Shown piece by piece: positions 37,701-50,056 of a stretch of 64,000 nt of DNA. The translations under genes and the position numbers were made by a program. Source of the stretch: Octopus sinensis (Eukaryota); NCBI RefSeq assembly GCF_006345805.1, contig NC_043003.1, positions 104,408,001-104,472,000 on the forward strand, given 5' to 3'. The notes beneath the pieces were generated by a model, which was not told the DNA's origin, made no database searches, and saw nothing but the letters and a program-made list of their open reading frames with translations. Positions within the stretch are counted from its first letter, which is position 1. Each line of letters opens with the position of its first letter.

Positions 37701-40492
37701 CATCTTTCCTAAGCTGGTATCCAGCTTGGTCACAGTTCATTGATAAACTAATACAACCATTATAATACAAGAATACATCCATTATAAAGATTATAAAAGT
37801 CAAATGATTTGTAAGATAATATTGGAAAGACATACTAAAACTGAATAATAGTAATAATAATGAGAAAAGCCCACACTGAATAACAACAACATGGATGTAC
37901 TAAACCGGGCTCCCCATTCCAAAACAAATCTAATCCGATAACATCGATGGAATTAGATAAGGAAACCTGAGGAAGACTTGAAGGAAGCAGCCTTTTAACG
38001 AAAATACTTAAAAAAACAAAAAAAAAAAAAAAAATTTACTGCCATACAAAGCACAGTTTCTCTTACACATGGTGTCTCAATGAAACATGTGCAAAACACA
38101 CATGTGATATCAACACCGGAATGTTTGCAAATTATAAAATAGAAATGGAACAAAATTGTAAGTACATAAATTGAGTAATTACGCATACACTCGAATGTCT
38201 ACACAATCATATATACATTTTGATAACCACAGGACTACACATACATCCCAATGTTTACACAACTACATGAAATTTACAGGACACACACTCACACACATGA
38301 AAGCAGGTGTCACAAACGAAGCAAAAACAAAATCAAAACTTTTTTTCTTATCTTATTTTCTTTTTTCGAACTAACACAGACAGAGTGAACCATTCATAAG
38401 TTTAAAAACACTACAAAAAAAAACTATGTTTGGAGATAAATCTATCAACAAAAAAAATACTGAAGTACACAGATCAGCTAGCCTTAAGAAGCTATGCTGC
38501 GAGCAATGTTTACATGCAGAGAACATGGAGACGGTCTTGTTGCAAAAAATTAACCCTAAACAGACAGATCCGTCTCCTAATGTAAGCATCGAAGCTCGTC
38601 ATGCCTCACTGTTAACAAAACAAATTACAAACCGCAATGGTCATCGATCGGATTACAAAAGACCACATACTCAAATGTTGAACTAGATTCGGGTTGAAAA
38701 ATCAGCTACTGGTCCAAATCTTTCCGAAACGCAGGAGCTGGAAGTACCCCACAACCGGAATATTCCAACAGATGGCCATCCATGCTCGCCACCAAATAAT
38801 CAAAAGAAAAAGATGGAAAAATGGTCTAGGGAAGATAATAAAGAAGTTCTTGCAGCCTTCTACCATGCCATATATTTCCCCACAGATAAATCTAATACTG
38901 TACAAACCTACTTAAACTGGAGACAGAAACAGAAAGACCCTACATAGACAGTAACAAACTTGCCAACGTCAGAAGAAACTTTATGAAAAAAAAATTACTG
39001 ACTGAAGTAGAGATTGACCAAATTAAACAAGCAGTAAAGGATAAAAAGAACGAAGCTGCAGCTAAAGATGATAATACAGAGGAAATAACTATAGACCAGC
39101 CCAGGGCTGATAGAAACACAGTAATGATTGAAAGAGTTAGTATAACTGATAGGCAAAGTGAAATACTCACTGAACTAATCATAAACACTAAGACAGATGA
39201 AAATGAAATAGATGAAGAAAGTCACACAAATATTGATCCAACAGAACTACATGAGTTAAAAAATTTCAATCATGATTGAATGGCTGAATATTAAAGAAAC
39301 CAGTATGGATGAATGCAATACTCTCCCAATAATCGCAACTCTAACCAAAACATGAAAATAATTGGTAAAATCCGCCTTGCACTTAAGGATATAATTTCAG
39401 CTAATGATGGTGATATCACAGATCTCAACTACCTGTACTATGCATCCGCGAAAATCTCAACGATTCTATGTGGTGAAAAGATTGCCACAATTGGCCTGGA
39501 CACCTACCTGAAAAAAACTGAGGACTGGATGTTAAAACTTGTCTCAAAACATGAAAACAAGAAAGCATCATACTCAGTAACAAAACAGGCAAGGGAATAT
39601 CTAAGTGAATTCCGAATACAACAAATTTTGGAATTAGACATACAAGAAACAAGCGCAGAAAAAGTTAAGCGCATGAAAACTGCTGCCTTAGATATTCTGA
39701 ATGATAAATGGCAAGAAAAACCTCTCAATGGCAAATACCCAAAGAGAGCGAATAATGCCGATGTTGACAAAGCCCTGATCCATCAATGGCTAATGGCCTC
39801 TGGCTTAAAATCTGAAACAGAAGGGTTTATCATAACAGCTCAAGATCAATGCCTACCTACAAGGAACTACCAGGCCAACATATTAAAGAACGGCAGTAGC
39901 CCAACATGTCATGTATGTCAACAACAAAATGAAACCATTGATCATGTTGTCTCCAAGTGCAGTCTTCTTACGCCTACAGAGTATCTCAACAGGCATGATA
40001 GAGCTGCACAATATATTCACTAGGTAATTTGTAAAAGCCTGGACTTGCCCCATGATAAAAACTGGTGGGAACGCAAACCACCTCCAGTGCTTGAAAATGA
40101 TCACATCTCACTCCTCTGGAACTTTACCATTCAAACTGACAGAAAGATAGATGCGACTAGGCCAGACATCATATTGAAAGACTTCAGACAAAGAAATGCC
40201 TCCTCATTGATATGACTGTCCCAATCGATATAAACATATCTGTCAAGACCTACCAAAAACTGAGCAAATATAAAGATCTTGAAATAGAAATTAGCAAAAT
40301 GTGGAACCTGAAGACTAAAACAATACCTGTTGTCATAGGTGCCCTGGGAATGATAGCAAAAGGAGCTGATTACTACCTAGCTCAGATACCAGGAAACCCA
40401 AAAATGGCAGAAATTCCAACCTGTTGTCTCTTGAAGTTTCTGGGTGAGACTTGGAGCCAACTTGTACAGACGTAAAGCAAAAGTCAAGCATA

Positions 40493-40526
<34 letters not shown>

Positions 40527-43500
40527 TTCTACTGTAGGCACAAGACCTGAAATGTTGAAGAGTACTCAACTAGTATTTATTCCATCAACCTTGAAAGGAT
40601 GAAAATCAAAGTCAACCTCTGCAGCATTTGTACTCAGAATGCAAAGACAGATGAAACGTTGCTATGCATTTTTACCAGCACAGTAAAAATTCTGCCAGCT
40701 TGCCACCTTCATCATCATCATTGTTTAACGTCTGCTTTCCATGCTAGCATGGGTTGAACGGCTTAACTGAGGGCTGGCGAACCAAATGGCTGCACCAGGC
40801 TCCAGTCTTAGTCTGGCAGAGTTTCTACAGCTGGATGCCCTTCCTAACACCAACCACTCCGAGAGTGTAGTGGGTGCTTTTACGTGCCACCAGCACGAGG
40901 GCCAGTCAGGAGGTACTGGCAACGACCTCGCTCGAATTTTTTTACACATGCCAATGACACAGGTGCCAGTGAGGCGATGCTGGTAACGATCCCACTCGAA
41001 TGGTGCCTCCTACATGCTACCAGCATGGAAGCCAGTTAGCCGTTCTGGCAACAATCACGCTCAGATGGTGCTCTTAATCCTTTCTGCTATAGGTACAAGG
41101 CCTGAAATCTTAGAAGAGAGGTTGATCAATTACATTGACCCTGGTGCTTATTTCACCCCCCCCCCCCCCAGGATGCAAGGCAAAGTCAACCTCAGCAGAA
41201 TTTGATCTCAGAACATAAAGCCCAATGAAATGCTACTAAGCATTTGTGTGTTGAGTTTTGCCACCTTAATATGATAACTCTTTTTAATTTTGGCACAAGG
41301 CCAGCAATTTTAAAAGGTAGAGTTAGTTGATTACATCAAACCCAGTGCTCAAATGGTACCTATTTTTATTGACTCCGAAGTACTTATTTTTATTGACTCC
41401 AAAGTACTTATTTTCATTGACTCCAAAGTACTTATTTTCATTGACTCCAAAAATGGTACCTATTTTTATTGACTCCAAAGAGATAAAAGACAAAGTGAAT
41501 CTTGATGGAATTTCAACTCAGAATGCAAAGAGCTGGAAATGACACAAAGCATTCTGTCCAACATTCTACTGATTCTGCTGGTTCACTGACTTAATAATAA
41601 TAATTCTTTCAAATTTTGAGGAGAGGGTAAACTCAATTATATCAAAACCAGTGCTCAGCTGATACTAATTTTATTAGCCCCCACCAAAAGGATGAAAAGC
41701 AAAGTCAACTTCTGTGGCATTTGAACTCAGGACATAAAGAGGAAGTAGAAATGCCACTAAGAATTTTGTCCAGTGCAGTAACAGTTCCACCAACTCACTG
41801 TCTTAACAACAATGATGATGATGAATGTAAAGCTGAGGATTTTAAATCTAAATTTCTTCATTCCTTCTCTCATATCTGATAGCAGAAAGATGTCCTAGTC
41901 AAAGTCTCGGTGAAAGATGTGTATTTTGCAAAAGTATTTGAGGGAATTTGCTTACTCTCTGAATATGGATTATATTAATTGAAATTGTTGTTATATGATG
42001 CAATCACCATTAATGTTACTGATGCTTATAATTAAGTTATCATACATACTTGAAACAGTCATCATCATCATCATCATCATCATCATTTAACGTCCGTTTT
42101 CCATGCTAGCATGGGTTGGACAGTTCAACCGGGGTCTGGAAGCCATGGAGGCTGCACCAGGCTCCAGTCTGATCTGGCAGTGTTTCTACAGCTGGATGCC
42201 CTTCCTAACACCAACCACTCCGTGAGTGTAGTGGGTGTTTTTTATGTGCCACCTGCACAGGGGCCAGAGCAGGCTGGCAAACGGCCACGATAGGTTGGTG
42301 CTTTTACGTGTGACCGACACGGACGCCAGTCAGGTGGTGCTGGCATCTGCCACGTTCGGACAGTGCTTTTTACGTGTCTCCGGCACAGGTGTCTTAACTA
42401 CAATTTCCATTGAATTTTTATTTTGATGTTGATGTACTTAACTCAATAGGTCTCCTCAAGAACAGCGGGTCACTCTACAATCCAAGGTTAGCACAGCAGG
42501 TCATCCTGCGAGCCATGAACTCACTTCATTTAAAATACTGATGTGTATAACATCTCAGTCTAATGCTATTTCAAATGCAAACATTAATTTAATTCTAGCC
42601 TGCCTAGGTTTCACACAGATCGGTAAATGTTTTGCCAACTGATTTGTACATTGGAACAATTATCTTCAGTTAACCTCAAAATGCCAGGGTATTTGTCACT
42701 AAAGAGACCAAATCAAGTTGAAATTCCCAATGTTCTTTAGCATGTAAGTCTCTTTGAGATATTTCTCTGGAATACAATATTACAGTAAGAAGCATTCCAT
42801 ACTTGTATACACATAAATTTTATTACATACTAGGATACTAATAATGACTCTGTATCATGTTTTACTGGTTGTGTTGTTAACCCTGGAAGGAAACATTTTC
42901 CAGCTTTCTGGCTTTACTTTGGTTTATATTCTTCCTTTATTTGATCAGTTGTTTGATGCAGAGTTTATTTCTGCAGTTTGTGGTTTTGGCTCTGGCTTTT
43001 GTCAGATCAGCTGTTTTAACTGAATAATGAGGTTTATTTTTTTTTTTGGCTGTGTGGTTACACTTGCTTCTTCAACCATGTGGTCTCAGGTTCAGTCCTG
43101 CTGTGTGGCATCTTGGGCAAGTGACTTCTGCCACAGCCTCAGGCTAACCAAAGCTTTATGAATAGATTTGGTAGAAGGAAACTGAAAGAAGCCTGCCAAA
43201 TGTGTGTGGATGTATGTGTGTGTTTGCATGTACATGTGTACCCTTGTCTTCACATCATGCGATGGCCATAACCAAGCACCACCATCATACAAGCGATGTT
43301 GTTCATATTTAGTCATGTGAAAAACATGTGTGGTTATGAAAAGATATTACCCTGCTCAGATAATTTTGAGGACTGGTGACAGAAAAGGCATCCAGCTGCA
43401 GAAAATCTTCCTCAACAAATTCTACCTGTGCCATGTAAGCATGGAAGAGTGAATGTTGAATAAGAATGAAGATGATGATATTACCTTGAAGATAAGTTTT

Positions 43501-46500
43501 TGGAAGCTTTTACATTTATTCTGTTGACTGTATATCCTGTAGTGTTTATGTTGATAGTTGGAATGTTATTGAATTCTAAACACTGCTGTTAGCAGTGGTT
43601 TGATTGGACTTTATTTTCTTTGAAGTTTGTGAAAATGATTTTGTTTTATTCATAAATGTGATGATGAGCAGGGGATCAGAAGAAAGTTGAAGAATATTTA
43701 AGCTGATTGATGTTTCAGGTATGACTTAAAACTGCATCCTGTAGTGGGGCCATGGTTCAGCAGTTACGGGCTTTTGAGAAGAGTGGAACCACCTCTAAGT
43801 CACTATTGCTCCCAGGTCTGATCTGACTCAGAGTAATAGCACTTCTCAGGGTCCCAGCTATGAGTTAATTAGCAGGTTATGGAAGAATTTCCAAGCACAA
43901 ACCCTCACTGCCTTGTAAGAGCCTTGGGAAAAGAAAAGGCTAGGGGAGTCAACCTTGATAGTAAATCAAAGAGTGGAGGCCCTCAAATGATATGGTACCC
44001 TCTTTGACACTCTTCTGGCAACTCCATGGAGCATGGAGCTCTCCAATCCTGTAAGGCCACCTAGAAGATGGCTACTCCAATGTAAAATCTACAGCTTGCT
44101 GGTGACCACAGCCATCTTAGCCCACCGAGCCACTGTGGATTGCAATGACTGACTCTCAATTTAAAACTAACCAGTTGAGGATGTGCCACTCTTTCTCATG
44201 ATCATTGGACATGAATAAGCTGCTATTGCCATCAGCCCTGATTGAGCAATCTAATGCATTCCAGCCATGCCCATCCTGTTTGTTTTTTCTTTATTCAATT
44301 AGTGTATTTAAAATTACATTATCCAAGATGTATGAAGGCATATGACTCAGGGGTTAGAGTGTCACGTTTACAATCATGAGGTTGTGAATTCAATTCCCAG
44401 ACCAGACTGTATTGCATTCTTGATCAAGACCCTTTATTTCATGCTGTTCCAGTTCACTCAGTTGAAGAAATGAGTTGCAATGTCACTGGTGCTAAGCTGT
44501 ATCGGCCCCTTTGCCTTTCCCTTGGATAACATCAATGGCATAAAGAGAGGAGACTGGTATGCTTAGGCAACTGCTAGTTTTCCACAAACAACCTTGCCTG
44601 GACTTGTGCCTTGGAGGAGAACTGTCTTGGTGCAATCTCATGGTCAATTGTGACCGGAGGGGGTCTTTACCCTTTACCCTATCCAAGATGTACTTACCTG
44701 TTTAAGAGAATAAAGTGTGAAATGGGCAAGACTGAGCCGCTATTTAAAACCAGTTGATTGACCACATAGAATCTCAGTAAGTAAGGAACCTGTTGAGAAG
44801 TATTTCTTGCTAGCTTGTTATATGATTGTGTTAGTGAGCATTCACTAACCTTTTTGATGCCAACCTGCTTGAGGCCAACCCTGGGTCTATTATACAAACT
44901 TCCTTTCTAAAGTGATCTAAACTAAAATTTCTCATTACAATTTCATGCTAATTTATGTTACAAACAACAGATTAATAATAACAAAGTTATTTTACTAAAT
45001 TCTTCATAATTTTTAAAGTTAACTGAAATGAAAATGGTGTATTTATACAGAAATACAGTAACAAGAGTTAAGAAGACAGAGTTTGGTTGTGTTAACTGCA
45101 TTGTTTTTGTATTAGGATATGTTGGATTCATTGAAGCATCCCAATGACTGTTTGGGAATGTTTTTATTTGTAGTAAGAAATGACTAACCTAGTAGGATTG
45201 TTGGTGAAGTTGTGGTTGTAAAATCTACAGCTTCCTGGTGACCACAGCCGTCATAGCCCACTGAGCCACTGTGGATTGCAATGACTGACTCTCAGTTTAA
45301 AACTAGGGACACAAAACTCTACTTGTGAAGACCTGTTGAGGCAAGCGAGGATCAGAATCGAAATCGATCAATGGAAATTGCAGATGTGTTACCAGTGCCG
45401 GTGGCATGTCAAAACTCTACTTGTGAAGACCTGTTGAGGCAAGTGAGGATCAGAATCGAAATCGATCAATGGAAATTGCAGATGTGTTACCAGTGCCGGT
45501 GGCATGTCAAAACTCTACTTGTGAAGACCTGTTGAGGCAAGTGAGGCTCAGAATCGAAATCGATCAATGGAAATTGCAGATGTGTTACCAGTGCCGGTGG
45601 CATGTAAGAGAACCTTCCGTTTCGCGACCGTTGCCAGCACCGCCCCGACTGGCCTCGTGCCGGTGGCACGTAAATAGCACCATCCGTTCGTGTCCGTTGC
45701 CAGCCTCGCCTGGCCCTCGTGCCGGTGGCACATAAAAAGAACCATCCGTTCGTGGCCGTTTGCTAGCTCTGTCTGGCACCTGTGCGGGTGGCACGTAAAA
45801 AGCACCCACTACACTCACGGAGTGTTTGGCATTAGGAAGGGCATCCAGCCGTAGAAATACTGCCAGATTTGACTGGGCCTGATGAAGCCTTCTGGCTTCA
45901 CAGACCCCAGTAGAACCGTCCAACCCATGCTAGCATGGAAAGCGGATGATGATGATGATGATGATATTAATGGGCTTACTGGGGCAGGTCATTATTTTGA
46001 AGGTTTGCATTTATATCGCAGTTCTGTTCCCTATTAGTGTTTGAATATCATTTGTAGCTTATTATACTGGATGCATGGCTTTATGTAAGTTTTAAGGTCT
46101 CCATCATAGTTTAGCCTGTTCATATTGCAGTGTAATTAGGGATTGAGGAGAATTGTGGTGATGCTGCTGTAGCATGGTCCCTTGTAGCATTGCTATGTGA
46201 ATGTCATCTGTGATGATAAAAGTCTAATTTTTAAGCTGTTGGTGTTGCGTCGGTGTTTAGCTCTTATGTTTTATTGTTACATGAAGTACAAAGGCTTTTT
46301 TGTATCTACTATTTTGTATTTTGTGTGATGTACTCAGATGTTGATATATTGGCTTATTTTGGTGCTGTTGTACCATTTGTTACAGCTTGGGACTTTAGCC
46401 TGGTTTTTCACATTCTATTTATATTTGAATTAAGAGAATTTTGGGTTGCTTGTATTTTTTGTATGTGTGTGAGTTTTCTACTGGGACGCTTCCAACTTTT

Positions 46501-47087
46501 TTTCCATTGTCTTCATACAGAATCATTGCCTCTAAATTTTTGTTATGCTTGGCGTTCATCTACATGACATCCATTTTAATTCCTTTGTCAACTTTTCATT
46601 TTTTATTCCAGTAATGACTATCCATCCGTTTTTCTTCTGCCATAATGTCAAGAACTTCACTTCTCAACCTCAGTTTCAGGTCAACCCCACTGTGTAGCAA
46701 GTAGGGTAAATATCTTCTAATATAGCCCAGAGCAACCAAAGACTTATCAGTGAATTTGATAGATGGAAACTGAAAGAAGGTATGTGCATGCGTGCGTGTG
46801 TGTGTGTGCATGCACATGTCTGTGTGTTTCCAGGTCTTAACATCACACAATAGTTGTAAATGAGTTTGTTCTTTCAGATTGTAAGGTATGCTTTGAGAGA
46901 GATTAGACTGCTAATTCTGGCAGGTTAAGTGACTGCACAGAGGGTCTCTTGTTGGCTCTAAAGATAATAGTTGGACCACTTGGTATTGTATATATAAAAA
47001 AAATAATAATAATAACAAAAATAATAATAATAACAACAACAATAATAATAACAATAATAAAAATAATGACAAAAATAATAACAATAA

Positions 47088-47132
<45 letters not shown>

Positions 47133-47190
47133 CAATAATAATAACAACACTAATAAGAACAATAATAATAACAATAATAATAACTATAAA

Positions 47191-47221
<31 letters not shown>

Positions 47222-50024
47222 CACTTACTTGCTTGTGTATATCTGTTGCCCCAAAGTCTGCTAACGCTCGCCACTGGTCAGGAGAATTATCATTCTCAGA
47301 AAAAACCACACTAACATCATCTATTAAAAAAAACAACATACAAATTATAAACATTCTGTGGAAATTCTCAATAATTTTTTTAAACTCTGAAACTGAGTTC
47401 AAAAACTTTATGTAAAGCAAGGCTTCATTCCATAAACCATTCTAGAGTTAAAAGCATGGTAGTAAAATTAGATATGGATCCTGCACAAAGTAATTCCATA
47501 TGTGGATGAAGATACCAAACAGATCTTTGTGCATCATCATCATCATCATCGTTTAACGTCCGCTTTCCATGCTAGCATGGGTTTGGACGTATGACAGAGG
47601 GCTGACAAACCAGATGGCTGCACCAGGCTTCAATCTTGATCTGGCAGAGTTCCCTACAGCTGGATGCCCTAGAAACTCTGCCAGATCAAGATTGAAGCCT
47701 GGTGCAGCCATCTGGTTTGCCAGCCCTCAGTCATACGTCCAACCCAGTTCTAAATCAAGCCATGCAGTTCCAGGTCCTTAATCTTAACTGTTACATATGA
47801 CAGTAAAGGTTTAGGGTACTTGCTGGAGGTTCATCCATTCATCTGATCAACCTAATAAAGGCAAGTAGAGTTAAGTAACTTACATAAGGTCACGATGCAA
47901 TGTCTATTCTTAGAAGCATTAATCAAGAGACAGGTGCCGCAATTAGTTAAGGGAAGCAAATATCAGAATTTAACATTTTTTCCCTTTGTTTCAGTCATCA
48001 GACTGCAGCCATGCTGGAGCACTCCCTTGAAGAACTTTAGGTTGAATGAATTGACTCCAGTACTTATTGTTTTTTAAAGCTTAGTGGGACTCTTTTTGGC
48101 AAACTGCTAAGTTACAGGGAAATAAACAAACCAACACTGGTTGTCGAGAGGTGGTGGGGGACAAACATACGCATATATATGCATGATGGGCTTCTTTCAG
48201 TTTTCATCTACTAAATTCACACTCAAGGCTTTGGCTATAGTAGAAGACACTTGCCCAAGGTGCCACACAGTGGGATTGAACCAGGAACTATGTGATTGGG
48301 AAGCAAGCTTCTTATCACTGTCATGTCTGTGCTTATTTAAGGAATAAACTGGAGAGAATTAATTAGAACCAAATTTGAAGGTGGTGAGCTTGCAGAATCA
48401 GTAGCACATTGAACAAAATGCTTGGTGATATTTCTTTTGGCTCTTTATATTCTAAGGTCAAAATTTTGCCATTCATACTTTCAAGGTCAATAAAAATAAA
48501 GTATCGGTCAAGTACTGGGGTCAATGTGATTAACAAAACATCCTCTTGCCAAAATACTGATCATGTTCCTAAATCATTAATTATTACTTGCCAAGGTCAA
48601 CTTTGCTTTCATCCTTTCAGATTCAAAAAATAAAGTAAAAGCTCAATTCTGGAGTTGATGTAATTGACTGACCCCTTCTAAAAATGCTGGTCATGGAGCA
48701 AAATTCGAAACAATTAATTAGAGCTAAATTACATTATTGGTAATTTTTTTTCTAGAATTCAAGGCAGATTTATTCAGACTCTGCTAAGTGTTGTTATTTA
48801 TTCAGAATAAGAGAACAATGGAGGATTTAAAAAAAAAAATTTTGTATAGGCACAGGAGTGGCTGTGTGGTAAGTAGCTTGTTTACCATCCACATGGTTCC
48901 AGGTTCAGTCCCACTGCATGGCACCTTGGGCAAGTGTCTTCTACTATAGCCTCGGGCTGACCAAAGCCTTGTGAGTGAGTTTGGTAGATGGAAACTGGAA
49001 GAAGCCCGTCTTATATATGTATATATATATATATATGTATGTGTGTGTTTGTGTGTGTGTGTTTGTCCCCCTAGCATTGCTTGACAACCGATGCTGGTGT
49101 GTTTACGTCCCCGTCACTTAGCGGTTCGGCAAAAGAGACCGATAGAATAAGTACTGGGCTTACAAAGAATAAGTCCTGGGGTCGATTTGCTCGACTAAAG
49201 GCGGTGCTCCAGCATGGCCGCAGTCAAATGACTGAAACAAGTAAAAGAGAGAGTAAAAGAGTAAAAGAGTAAAGAGAGTAACTAAATTATCTGTTTTCAA
49301 TTATCTTCAATTCATAAGATACTTTCTGATTGAGTAAAAGCTCAACTTTTATACAAAGAGGTACAGTCAATAGTAACATCCTCAGTGTATTATTGTTACT
49401 TATCTTATTCACCCCCACCCCCATCTCTATCCTCCAATTGAATAGAAAGCAAAGTTGACTGACTGACTGCAATGGGATATGAACTCAGAATGTGGAAATG
49501 TGAAAATAAATACAAACTGGTTTTAGCTTTGTCCTCTACCTCGTTGACCAGCCCCAACCTATTATAAAAGACTAGAATAATTTTTTGTTTGTATTGGGAA
49601 GAATCAAGCAATAAACTGCCAGATTTTAACCATTTAGTTGTTAAACCAACCATATTTGGCCCAAATATTCTACCTGTTTTATGTTCAAACCAACCAGATT
49701 TGGCCTCTCACACCTATCCTACAATGTCATTCTAAAGATAAACAGTCACACCATTGAATTTTGAAGCAATAAGTTAATGCATGATTAATTCAAACCAATG
49801 TAAGTAAATAAGTATTACATTTGATAGAGTAATCTGAATGCTAAAGAGTTAATCTGCCATTATCTCAGCCAGATCTATGAATGTATAAAACATATCAGAC
49901 ACCAAGCAAAGTTAATACAGACTTTGTTGGCTTCCAAAAGACCATATGAACAGGCCTAATGATATAAGATTTTATAATCTTGTACAGACTAGTCAGAAAC
50001 ATTATGACATTATTTGTTCCAATA

Positions 50025-50056
<32 letters not shown>

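Noticed and set aside
41357-41478. Short regular repeats (also 45314-45604 and 54285-54490) as possible CRISPR-like arrays
   Set aside because: Tandem duplications inside SINE/RTE sequence with no unique spacers and no cas genes, in a eukaryotic context.
42540-46570. Possible additional Penelope/RTE remnants (42540-43040, 43480-44170, 45965-46570)
   Set aside because: Only faint motif resemblance; too degraded to call without a repeat library.
46903-47314. Poly-Ile and poly-Leu ORFs
   Set aside because: (AAT)n microsatellite; only 47229-47320 is an exon.
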